Below are positions 17,345 through 24,886 of a stretch of DNA of 27,186 nt, piece by piece. Positions within the stretch are counted from its first letter, which is position 1. Every line of letters begins with the position of its first letter. This DNA comes from a bacterium. GTDB lineage: Bacteria > Patescibacteriota > Dojkabacteria > SC72 > JAFGCJ01. The stretch is from the NCBI GenBank assembly GCA_043816465.1, contig JBDRHV010000058.1, positions 1 through 27,186 on the forward strand, written 5' to 3'. Made by a program: the position numbers and the translations under genes. The notes under the pieces are model-generated. The model was not told where the DNA came from, did not search any database, and was given only the letters and a program-made list of their open reading frames with translations.

Positions 17345-17747
17345 AATAATGAAAGCAAAGAGAATTGGTAGAGGATATGGATCCGGGAAAGGTGGTCATA
17401 CCGTTGGAAAGGGTCAGAAAGGACAGAAATCAAGATCAGGTGGAAAGACAAAACTTGGTTTTGAAGGAGGAAAAGTACCTTTGTTCAGAAAATTACCAAA
17501 ATTCAGAGGATTTAGGAATCCAACCAGGGTTGAATATCAGGTGATAAACTTTGCTGATTTGGAAAAGAACTTCAAAATAGGAGAAGAAGTATCAGTGAAG
17601 ATCTTGAGAGAAAAGGGTATGATTAGGAAGAAGACAAAGGATGTAAAAATTCTTGGTAAGGGTAAATTAACAAAGAAATTGAAGTTTAAAGACGTAAAGA
17701 TATCTGCAAAGGCAAATATAGAGGTCGAGAAGTTAAATAAGAAGTAG
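17310..17747 (+). CDS. rplO: 50S ribosomal protein L15 (uL15)
   Basis: MKLNE, KRIGRGYGSGKGGHT.GKGQKGQKSRSG, GFEGG..PL.RKLPK.RGF, VKILGKG.L. Confidence 0.97.
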   Translation: MKLNEIPQRKNRIMKAKRIGRGYGSGKGGHTVGKGQKGQKSRSGGKTKLGFEGGKVPLFRKLPKFRGFRNPTRVEYQVINFADLEKNFKIGEEVSVKILREKGMIRKKTKDVKILGKGKLTKKLKFKDVKISAKANIEVEKLNKK

Positions 17748-17751
17748 TTTT

Positions 17752-19029
17752 ATGGCAAGTCTGACTGAGATCAGAAATAAATTAAGTCAGATAGTTAAGA
17801 ATAAGGAGATAAGGGATAAGGTTCTATTCTCTCTGATGATCCTTGTTGTTTTCAGGTTTATGGCTTCAGTTCCAGTGCCAGGTCTTCCTGAAAATGCTCT
17901 TACAAGATTTTTTGGAGATAGCGGTTTTGGTGAAGTTCTTACTTTGGTATCTGGTGGAGTACTCGAAAATGCAACTATTGTAGCTATTGGTTTGGGTCCT
18001 TATATCAATGCTTCTATCATATTTCAATTATTAGGCTCGGTTATTCCTAAGATTGAGGAGCTTCAAAAAGAAGGAGAGCAAGGAAGAAGAGTTATCAGTA
18101 TGTACACAAGACTTCTTTCTGTCCCTTTGTCAGTTCTTCAGTCATTTGTTATATATTCAGTGCTTCAGCAGTATGGGATAATGGATAAACTGGTGGGTTG
18201 GGATCTTGTAAATCTTATTGCAACACTATCTTCAGGTGCAGTCATAATGATGTGGATGGGTGAGTTGATATCTGATATGGGAGTGGGGAACGGGTCTTCC
18301 TTCCTTATTATGGCAGGTATTTTGGCAGGTATTCCCGGTAGCTTAAAGACTAATCTCGATATTGTTGACTCTAGAAGCAATTGGATTTTACTTTTTGCAT
18401 CTCTCATACTTGTTCTAGTCATTGTGATTGTAAATGTGGCAGAGAGAAAGGTCAAAATTCAATATGCCAGAAGAGTGAGGTCAACAGGTGCGTCGGCAGA
18501 AAGCTTTATTCCATTGAAGATAAATCAGTCTGGAGTAATGCCAGTTATCTTTGCACTTTCGATGTTATCTTTCCCTCAGCTAATCGGAAAATTATTGGTT
18601 GGTGATAAGATACCGGAATTCATTAAAAATACATCAAATTGGTTGGTAACTCAGCTCAACGAACCTACCATATACAACGCAATGCTTGCAGTAATGATAA
18701 TCTTTTTCTCCATTTTTTACACTTTTGTTGTATTTAATCCTGTTAATATTGCAGAAAATCTACAAAAGCAGGGGGCATTTATCCCTGGAATTCGTCCAGG
18801 GAAAGAGACAGAGAGGTACATCTCGAAAGCCGCTCTAAGATTGAGTATATTTGGATCGGTATTTTTGGCTGTTATTGCTATTCTTCCTACGATTGCGCAG
18901 AATTTAGGCCTTATTTCAAGTTCTATAATCAGTGGTACCGGATTACTTATTGTTATTGGGGTTTTGTTGGATTCAAAGAGACAAATTGAATCTCTAATTG
19001 TCACAAGAAGTTATGAAAGCTATCTGTAA
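17752..19029 (+). CDS. secY: Preprotein translocase subunit SecY
   Basis: About ten hydrophobic segments; IVAIGLGPYINASIIFQLL, GE.GRR.I..YTR, GVGNG.S.LI.AGI, LK.NQSGVMPVIFA, GAFIPGIRPG.ET..Y, GTGLLIVIGV.LD. Confidence 0.97.
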   Translation: MASLTEIRNKLSQIVKNKEIRDKVLFSLMILVVFRFMASVPVPGLPENALTRFFGDSGFGEVLTLVSGGVLENATIVAIGLGPYINASIIFQLLGSVIPKIEELQKEGEQGRRVISMYTRLLSVPLSVLQSFVIYSVLQQYGIMDKLVGWDLVNLIATLSSGAVIMMWMGELISDMGVGNGSSFLIMAGILAGIPGSLKTNLDIVDSRSNWILLFASLILVLVIVIVNVAERKVKIQYARRVRSTGASAESFIPLKINQSGVMPVIFALSMLSFPQLIGKLLVGDKIPEFIKNTSNWLVTQLNEPTIYNAMLAVMIIFFSIFYTFVVFNPVNIAENLQKQGAFIPGIRPGKETERYISKAALRLSIFGSVFLAVIAILPTIAQNLGLISSSIISGTGLLIVIGVLLDSKRQIESLIVTRSYESYL

Positions 19030-19690
19030 AAAAATCCCTAGAACACTACTTTTCCTCGGTTTAGCTGGGTCTGGAAAGAGTACTCAAGCAGATTTGATAT
19101 GTAATCCTTGTGAGGGTGAAAATATTTCTACTGGTGATCTTGCTAGAAATGAAAGGAAGAATAAAACCAAGCTTGGGAAAATGGCTGATAAATATATGGA
19201 AAAAGGACTTCTTATTCCTGATAAGGTTATCCATAAGATATTGAGAGCTCAACTCACAAAATTTAACCGGAAAAAACTTTGGGCGTTTACAGGGACAGTA
19301 AGAACAACAAACCAAATACCTATGTTCGATGAAACATTGGCTGTATTTAATCGTGAACTTGATAAAGTTGTTTTTCTTGAATTGACTGATGAGTCAATTA
19401 TTAACAGGCTTTCTAAGAGAAGGTTCTGTCCAAAATGTAATACTAATTACCATCCAGATTATAAGAAGAGTAAAAAAGATGGAATTTGTGATAAAGATGA
19501 AGAAAAATTAATTCAAAGGGAAGATGATAAGCCCGATATTATAAGAACTAGAATCGAAGTTGAGAGAAAGGTTATAGAGCCTGTTCTTTCAGAATATGAA
19601 AGAAGGGGTATATTACTAAGAATCAACGGAGAACCATCGATTGAGGAAATCCATAAAGTATTAGTAAAAAGGCTGGCAGATGAAGGTTAA
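19013..19690 (+). CDS. adk: Adenylate kinase (Zn-type LID), divergent; likely start ATG 19013
   Basis: P-loop GLAGSGKST, ISTGDLAR, G.LIPD, LID RR.CPKC...YH.......G.CDKD...L.QREDD; located directly after secY. Confidence 0.9.
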   Translation: MKAICKKIPRTLLFLGLAGSGKSTQADLICNPCEGENISTGDLARNERKNKTKLGKMADKYMEKGLLIPDKVIHKILRAQLTKFNRKKLWAFTGTVRTTNQIPMFDETLAVFNRELDKVVFLELTDESIINRLSKRRFCPKCNTNYHPDYKKSKKDGICDKDEEKLIQREDDKPDIIRTRIEVERKVIEPVLSEYERRGILLRINGEPSIEEIHKVLVKRLADEG

Positions 19691-20417
19691 AGAGAGAGTA
19701 GAAAAGATGACTGAGGGCGGAAAAATCATTGTTGAGATAATGAAAGAGATTATTTCTCACGTAGAGCCCGGTGTGACCACCCTTCAACTCGATAGACTCT
19801 CAGAGTCGTTATGCTCCAAATATGGCGTAAAACCAGCATTTAAGGGGTATGAGGGCTTTCCAAACACCCTCTGTGTTGGTCCAAACGATACAGTTGTTCA
19901 TGGTATTCCAGATGATATTCCTCTTGAGGAAGGAGATATTTTAAGCCTGGATGTGGGAATTGTCTACAAAAAGGTTTATTTGGATATGGCAAGGACAGTG
20001 GGGGTGGGAAAGGTGTCAAAACAAGCAGAAAAATTCATGGAAGTATGTGAATTAGCGTTAAAAAAAGCCTGTTCTGTGGCCGTTCCAGGAAATCGGGTGG
20101 GAGATATTAGCTTTGAGATTCAATCTTATGCAGAAAGTCATGGATATTCTGTTGTGAGAGAGATGGTAGGTCATAGTGTGGGTGAGAGACTTCATGAAGA
20201 GCCAATGATACCGGGAGTTGGTAGTCCAAATACAGGGGAACTGCTATATGATGGGCAGACTATAGCAATAGAAGCTATTTTTAATATGGGTGGTCCAGAG
20301 ATCTCAATATCTAGGAAAGACGGCTGGACAAGTAAAACCAAAGATGGTAGTCTCTCAGCTCTGTTCGAAAATACGGTAGTTGTGGCTGAAGAACCGAAGA
20401 TTTTAACCCTTTTATAA
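19680..20417 (+). CDS. map: Methionine aminopeptidase, type I
   Basis: PGVTT..LD, PAFKGY.GFP...C...ND.VVHGIP, GDI.SLDVG....Y.DMART, GHSVG..LHEEP, AIE, SALFENT. Confidence 0.95.
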   Translation: MKVKERVEKMTEGGKIIVEIMKEIISHVEPGVTTLQLDRLSESLCSKYGVKPAFKGYEGFPNTLCVGPNDTVVHGIPDDIPLEEGDILSLDVGIVYKKVYLDMARTVGVGKVSKQAEKFMEVCELALKKACSVAVPGNRVGDISFEIQSYAESHGYSVVREMVGHSVGERLHEEPMIPGVGSPNTGELLYDGQTIAIEAIFNMGGPEISISRKDGWTSKTKDGSLSALFENTVVVAEEPKILTLL

Positions 20418-20446
20418 TTGCATAATCAACGTCTGTTTGTTATAAT
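20418..20446 (+). promoter_or_regulatory. sigma70-type promoter for the infA-rpmJ-alpha cluster
   Basis: TTGCAT (20418-20423), 17 nt spacer, extended -10 TG-T-TATAAT (20438-20446). Confidence 0.75.
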
Positions 20447-20482
20447 GCGCCGTGCTAATAGGGTATTTTGTTATTTCTACAT

Positions 20483-20728
20483 ATGGATCAGAATAATCCT
20501 GATCAAAGTAATAAAAAGTTTGAAGTTGAAGGTGTTGTGGAGGAATGCCTTCCTAATGCTAAATTTAACATCAGCATTGAGGTTGGAGAGAAAACACACA
20601 ACATTCAGGGTCATCTTTCGGGAAAAATGAGGATGAATTACATCAGAATCATGAAAGGTGATAAGGTAAAGGTGGAAATTAGCCCTTACGATCCAACAAA
20701 AGGTCGTATTACATATAGATATAAGTAA
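20483..20728 (+). CDS. infA: Translation initiation factor IF-1; likely start ATG 20483
   Basis: [50 protein letters not shown]. Confidence 0.96.
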   Translation: MDQNNPDQSNKKFEVEGVVEECLPNAKFNISIEVGEKTHNIQGHLSGKMRMNYIRIMKGDKVKVEISPYDPTKGRITYRYK

Positions 20729-20736
20729 AAACTCAG

Positions 20737-20850
20737 ATGAAAGTTAGAGCTTCAGTAAAAAAAAGATGTGAGCACTGTTATGTCGTAAGAAGAAAAAGTA
20801 GGATCTACGTTTACTGTAAGAAAAATCCTAAACATAAACAAAGACAGTAA
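20737..20850 (+). CDS. rpmJ: 50S ribosomal protein L36 (bL36), Zn-ribbon form; not in the ORF track
   Basis: Translated by hand: [37 protein letters not shown] (37 aa). Confidence 0.97.
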   Translation: MKVRASVKKRCEHCYVVRRKSRIYVYCKKNPKHKQRQ

Positions 20851-20872
20851 TATAACATTTTAAGTTATTGAA

Positions 20873-21253
20873 TTGGCAAGGTTCGTAGGAGTAGAAATAC
20901 CAGATGAAAAGAAAGTGAAAGTCTCATTGACCTACATTCATGGTATTGGAGATTCAACTTCTCTCGAAATATTAAAAAGGGCAACAGTTGATCCAGAAAA
21001 AAGACTAAAGGAAATAACTGGTGCAGAAGAGACTAGATTGAGGGAAATATTAGAGAAGATGACTCTTGAAGGTGAACTTAGGCAAACAAAGTTTAGAAAT
21101 ATAAAGAGACTTCAGGATATTAAGAGTTACAGGGGAATAAGGCATAAGGTCGGACTTCCTGTGAGAGGTCAAAGGACAAGACACAATGCACATACAAGGA
21201 AGGGAAAGAACCAGCCGGTAGGTGGACTTAAGAGAATTCTTGAAAAGACTTAA
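20873..21253 (+). CDS. rpsM: 30S ribosomal protein S13 (uS13), TTG start
   Basis: ARFVGVEIP..K.V..SLTYIHGIG, LEGELR......NIKRL.DI.SYRG.RH..GLPVRGQRTR.NA.TRKG. Confidence 0.97.
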   Translation: MARFVGVEIPDEKKVKVSLTYIHGIGDSTSLEILKRATVDPEKRLKEITGAEETRLREILEKMTLEGELRQTKFRNIKRLQDIKSYRGIRHKVGLPVRGQRTRHNAHTRKGKNQPVGGLKRILEKT

Positions 21254-21279
21254 AATATATCTAGATATATCTTTTACAG

Positions 21280-21741
21280 ATGGCTAAAAAAACAGAAAAA
21301 TCAAAATCAAAGATTGAGAATCCAGCCAAAGGCGAATCCGCCTCTGACGAAAAGAAGGTGGTAAAACCCATTAAGAAGTCGAAATCCAAGAAAAATTCTC
21401 CTCAGTGCAATGTATTTGTAGATGCAAGTTTCAACAACACAATTGTTACTATCACAGATCCCGAAGGTAACACGTTATCCTCTAGCTCTGCTGGAGTGGT
21501 AGGATTTAGGGGTGCAAAGAAAAGCACAGCATTTGCTGCAACAAAAGCAGCACAGGATGCGGTAAATAAAGCTATGAAATATGGAATTCAAGAAGCTAAG
21601 GTATATATCAAAGGTCCAGGATCTGGTAGAAATGCTGCTGTGAAGGGTTTGGATTCTTCTGGATTAAGAATATCTTTACTTTCGGATATTACTTCTCTTC
21701 CATTCAACGGTTGCAGACCAAGGAAGAAACCAAGAAATTAG
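21280..21741 (+). CDS. rpsK: 30S ribosomal protein S11 (uS11) with an extended N-terminus
   Basis: ASFNNTIVTITDP.GN.LS.SSAG.VGFRG.KKST.FAA..AA, KGPGSGR.AA, D.T..P.NGCRP.K. Confidence 0.97.
   Translation: MAKKTEKSKSKIENPAKGESASDEKKVVKPIKKSKSKKNSPQCNVFVDASFNNTIVTITDPEGNTLSSSSAGVVGFRGAKKSTAFAATKAAQDAVNKAMKYGIQEAKVYIKGPGSGRNAAVKGLDSSGLRISLLSDITSLPFNGCRPRKKPRN
21322..21351 (+). repeat. 30-bp palindromic element, in-frame copy in rpsK (PAKGESASDE)
   Basis: CCAGCC AAA GGCGAA TCCGCC TCT GACGAA, 25/30 identical to the consensus. Confidence 0.8.
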
Positions 21742-21758
21742 ATTTTACTAGTATATTT

Positions 21759-22359
21759 ATGTCTAGAATTACTGAGGATAAATGCAAATTGTGTAGAAGA
21801 GAACAGATGAAACTTTACCTTAAAGGGGAGAAGTGTTATACGGATAAGTGTCCTGTTACCCGAAGGCAAAATCTTCCTGGTAAAACCTCATTTTTTCATT
21901 CTAGACTTTCAAATTATGGAATTCAGCTTCGAGAAAAACAGAAAGTTAAAAGAGTTTATGGTCTAAACGAAACCCAAATGAAGAATATTTATAATGAAGC
22001 TTCTTCATCTGGTGGTGATAAAGGACTAAAAATTCTTCAGCTTCTCGAACTTAGACTTGATAATGTGGCACATCTTTTGGGGCTTGCTCCTTCAAGATCT
22101 GCAGCTAGACAACTTGTAAATCATGGGAAGGTATTAGTAAATGGGAAAAAATTAGATATTGCTTCATATCGTGTCTCTGTCGGGGATAAAATTGAGCTTA
22201 AGGAAATGGACAAAAAAATCTCCTATTCCTTCACACATCAAGACACCTGCATGGCTCAAAAGGTCAGCAAAAGGTGGAGAAGTAGTAGAGATTCCAGACA
22301 GAAATATGATGGATGAAGAAATAAAAGAGAACCTAATTATTGAGTTCTATTCTAAGTAA
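21759..22359 (+). CDS. rpsD: 30S ribosomal protein S4 (uS4), split by a +1 frameshift near the A7 run at 22212-22218
   Basis: First frame: CKLCRRE..KLYLKG.KC, YG.QLREKQKVKR.YG, LE.RLDNV...G.A.SR..ARQLV.HG...VNG...DI.SY.V. Shifted frame: P.WL...P.R.......I.E.LI.EFYSK*. Removing one base gives 199 aa. Confidence 0.93.
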
Positions 22360-22379
22360 TAATTTTTTATAAAAAGAAG

Positions 22380-23321
22380 ATGATAGATTTTTCAGACCTA
22401 AATGTGGAAGTAGTTGAGAATGATGGAAGTAAGGGAGTATTCAAGATTGGACCTTTACCAAAAGGCTTTGGTAATACACTTGCAAACTCTTTAAGAAGAG
22501 TACTTCTTTCATCTCTGGAAGGATCGGGTGTTACAAGTATTAAGATTTCTGGGGTTGATCATGAATACAGCACAATCGAAGGAGTCAAGGAGACCGTAAT
22601 TGAGATTCTTTTGAATCTTAAGAATGTCAGATTTCAGTGTGATAGCAATGATCCTCAGATAGTCAAGGTGTCCGTAAAGGGACCTGCAGATGTCAAAGCT
22701 GGAGATTTCGATGTTACCGAATCTGTAATAGTAATGAATCCTAAGGCTGTAGTTGCAACCGTTACAGGAAAAGGCACAAAGTTTGATATGGAGATGACGG
22801 TTGAAAGAGGAATTGGCTACCAGCTTGGTGATGAAGAGGTGAGATCTGAAGTAGGTAGGCTTCCTGTAGATACAAAGTTTAGTCCTGTGGAGAGGGTAAT
22901 GTACAAAGTTGATGAAGCCAGAAAAGGTGGAAGGATCGATTTTGATCTTATCACTATTTCAGTTTTCACTGACGGTTCTATTGATCCAAAGGATGCGATT
23001 ATTAAATCTTCAAATATTCTTATGGATTTGACCGAGAGGGTTGTCGCTATTTCAGGAGGCAAGGCTGAGGTAAAGAAAGAGAAATCTAACAAAAAGAAGA
23101 AATCAGCGGATAAGTCTAAAGAGGAAGGAAAGGTATTGATTGGAGATATAGAACTTTCGACAAGGACAAAATCAGCTTTAGTAAATGCAGGAATCGATAC
23201 GGTGGAAAATTTGACTTCAAAGACAGAAGATGAAGTTAAAGATATCAAAGGTTTTGGAACGAAAGCTTTTGACGAGGTGACAGACTATCTTAAATCTAAT
23301 AAGTTGGAGCTAAAGAAATAG
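22380..23321 (+). CDS. rpoA: RNA polymerase subunit alpha
   Basis: PL.KGFGNTL.NSLRRVLLSSL.G..VT.IKI.GV.HEYSTI.GVKE.V.EI.LNLK, VERG.GY, D..FSPV.RV, L..R...AL..AGI......L, I.GFG.K...E. Confidence 0.97.
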   Translation: MIDFSDLNVEVVENDGSKGVFKIGPLPKGFGNTLANSLRRVLLSSLEGSGVTSIKISGVDHEYSTIEGVKETVIEILLNLKNVRFQCDSNDPQIVKVSVKGPADVKAGDFDVTESVIVMNPKAVVATVTGKGTKFDMEMTVERGIGYQLGDEEVRSEVGRLPVDTKFSPVERVMYKVDEARKGGRIDFDLITISVFTDGSIDPKDAIIKSSNILMDLTERVVAISGGKAEVKKEKSNKKKKSADKSKEEGKVLIGDIELSTRTKSALVNAGIDTVENLTSKTEDEVKDIKGFGTKAFDEVTDYLKSNKLELKK

Positions 23322-23327
23322 TACAAG

Positions 23328-23981
23328 ATGAGAAAGATGGTAAAGAAACAAAAGTTAAACGTGAAAACTTCTCATAGTGGATTGATGCTTAGAAATCTTT
23401 TCGAGTCACTTCTCACATATGGAAAAGTTGAGACAACTCAGAGTAAAGCAAAAATCCTAAGAAGTTATACAGATGTAAAACTCAATAGCATTCTAAATTC
23501 AAAAGCAGATAAGGTTGATAATTCTATTGTTAAAAAGCTAGGATCTGTAAGGGAGGCGGAAAAGGTAATGAAATTTGTATTATTTCTTAGAAAGCAAGGA
23601 AAAGAAACAAACTCTGGTTTCACTACTATGGTAAGGACGAAATATAGAGTGGGTGACAATTCGTTGATGATTGAGGTAAGACTTTTTGGTTTTGACGATT
23701 TCTTGAAAGCTCAGAAACCACTCAAGAAAGCTACAACAAAAGTCAAAAAGGAAGAAAAGAAAATAGTTAAGTCCGCCAAAGGCGGATCTGCCTATGGCAG
23801 AAAGGCTCAAAAGAAAGACAGAACAGTTGTACCAAAGAAAGAGTCCAAAGCTCCTGAGATAAAAGAGCACGAAAAAGAAGAAGGATTTTTCACAAAGTTG
23901 GGTGAAAGATTTTTGGGAAGAAAATCTGCAGGTCCTGTGATTGAAAGAAAAGGAAGAGCAAGCTCAAGATCTGGAATATAA
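23328..23981 (+). CDS. rplQ: 50S ribosomal protein L17 (bL17) with a ~95-aa C-terminal extension
   Basis: KL....SH...MLRNL..SL..YGKVETT..KAK.LR, SGFT...R...R.GDN..M..V.L; canonical position after rpoA. Confidence 0.92.
   Translation: MRKMVKKQKLNVKTSHSGLMLRNLFESLLTYGKVETTQSKAKILRSYTDVKLNSILNSKADKVDNSIVKKLGSVREAEKVMKFVLFLRKQGKETNSGFTTMVRTKYRVGDNSLMIEVRLFGFDDFLKAQKPLKKATTKVKKEEKKIVKSAKGGSAYGRKAQKKDRTVVPKKESKAPEIKEHEKEEGFFTKLGERFLGRKSAGPVIERKGRASSRSGI
23772..23801 (+). repeat. 30-bp palindromic element, best-conserved in-frame copy in rplQ (SAKGGSAYGR)
   Basis: TCCGCC AAA GGCGGA TCTGCC TAT GGCAGA: two perfect tandem 6-3-6 hairpins, 27/30 identical to the consensus. Confidence 0.9.
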
Positions 23982-23997
23982 AATTTTTTATTAATTA

Positions 23998-24429
23998 ATG
24001 AAGACTACTTGGCCAAAACAAAGTGAAATAAAAAGAGACTGGTATCTGGTAGATGTAAGTGGAGTTATTCTTGGAAGAGCAGCGACAAATGTTGCCTCCC
24101 TTTTGATAGGAAAGGGCAAGATTGAAAAGGTATCAAACTACGACTGTGGTGACTTTGTAATTGTTTTGAATTCAGACAAAATCAAGGTGACCGGCAAGAA
24201 ACTTCAGGATAAAATGTATTATAGGCACACTGGATTTGCGAAAGGCTTAAGACAAGAGAATCTTTCAGATCTATTAAAAAGAGATTCAAGAAAGGTATTT
24301 ACCTTTGCTGTAAAAAATATGTTACCAAACAACAAACTTAGAGATACTATGATTACAAGGTTGTACATATATAAGGATGGAAATCATCCTCATGAGGCTC
24401 AGAAGCCTACTGAAATTAAGTTGAAGTAA
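23998..24429 (+). CDS. rplM: 50S ribosomal protein L13 (uL13)
   Basis: R.WYLVD..G.ILGR.AT.VA.LL.GK.K, D.GDFVIVLN.DKI.VTG.K...K.YY.HTG..GL, AV..MLP.N.L. Confidence 0.97.
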   Translation: MKTTWPKQSEIKRDWYLVDVSGVILGRAATNVASLLIGKGKIEKVSNYDCGDFVIVLNSDKIKVTGKKLQDKMYYRHTGFAKGLRQENLSDLLKRDSRKVFTFAVKNMLPNNKLRDTMITRLYIYKDGNHPHEAQKPTEIKLK

Positions 24430-24436
24430 TAATAAA

Positions 24437-24841
24437 GTGGCAGATAAAACTAAAAAAAAATATTGGGAAGGAATAGGAAGGAGAAAAACTTCTTCTGCTA
24501 GAGTCAGAATATATGAAGGGTCGACATCTTCTACTGTCAACGGCAAACCGTTGGAGGTGTTGTATCCAGAAGAGATTGATCAGGACGTTGTACTCAAACC
24601 TTTCGTTGTTACCGGAACAAAGTCAAAGATGTATTTTACTGCAAAGGTCAAAGGTGGTGGCAAATCTGGACAGAGGGATTCAATTTCCCTAGGAATTGCC
24701 AGAGCTTTGGCAAAGATCAGTGAATCAAACTCTATTTCTCTTAAAAAAGAGAGCCTTCTTACAAGAGATCCTAGAGAGGTACAAAGAAAGAAATACTCCT
24801 TCGTTAAATCAAGGAAGAAGCCACAGTTCTCAAAGAGATAG
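24437..24841 (+). CDS. rpsI: 30S ribosomal protein S9 (uS9), GTG start
   Basis: G.GRRK.S.ARV....G......NG, V.GGG.SGQ..SI.LGIARAL, LLTRDPR.V.RKKY...K.RK.PQFSKR. Confidence 0.97.
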   Translation: MADKTKKKYWEGIGRRKTSSARVRIYEGSTSSTVNGKPLEVLYPEEIDQDVVLKPFVVTGTKSKMYFTAKVKGGGKSGQRDSISLGIARALAKISESNSISLKKESLLTRDPREVQRKKYSFVKSRKKPQFSKR

Positions 24842-24873
24842 CCTTTTTTCAATATTAATTCGATATTTTTTCG

Positions 24874-24882
24874 TGGTATAAT
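24874..24882 (+). promoter_or_regulatory. Extended -10 promoter of rnpB
   Basis: TG-G-TATAAT ending 4 nt before the first P1 nucleotide. Confidence 0.7.
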
Positions 24883-24886
24883 CCTT

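Noticed and set aside
22264-22278. SAKGG peptide in the rpsD C-terminal frame (TCAGCA AAA GGTGGA)
   Set aside because: Not palindromic at DNA level, only half-length, and appears to fall in the S4 core without an insertion; probably coincidence.
11995-23801. CRISPR interpretation of the 30-bp palindromic repeats
   Set aside because: Copies are kilobases apart inside coding sequences, with no regular spacers, leader or cas genes.
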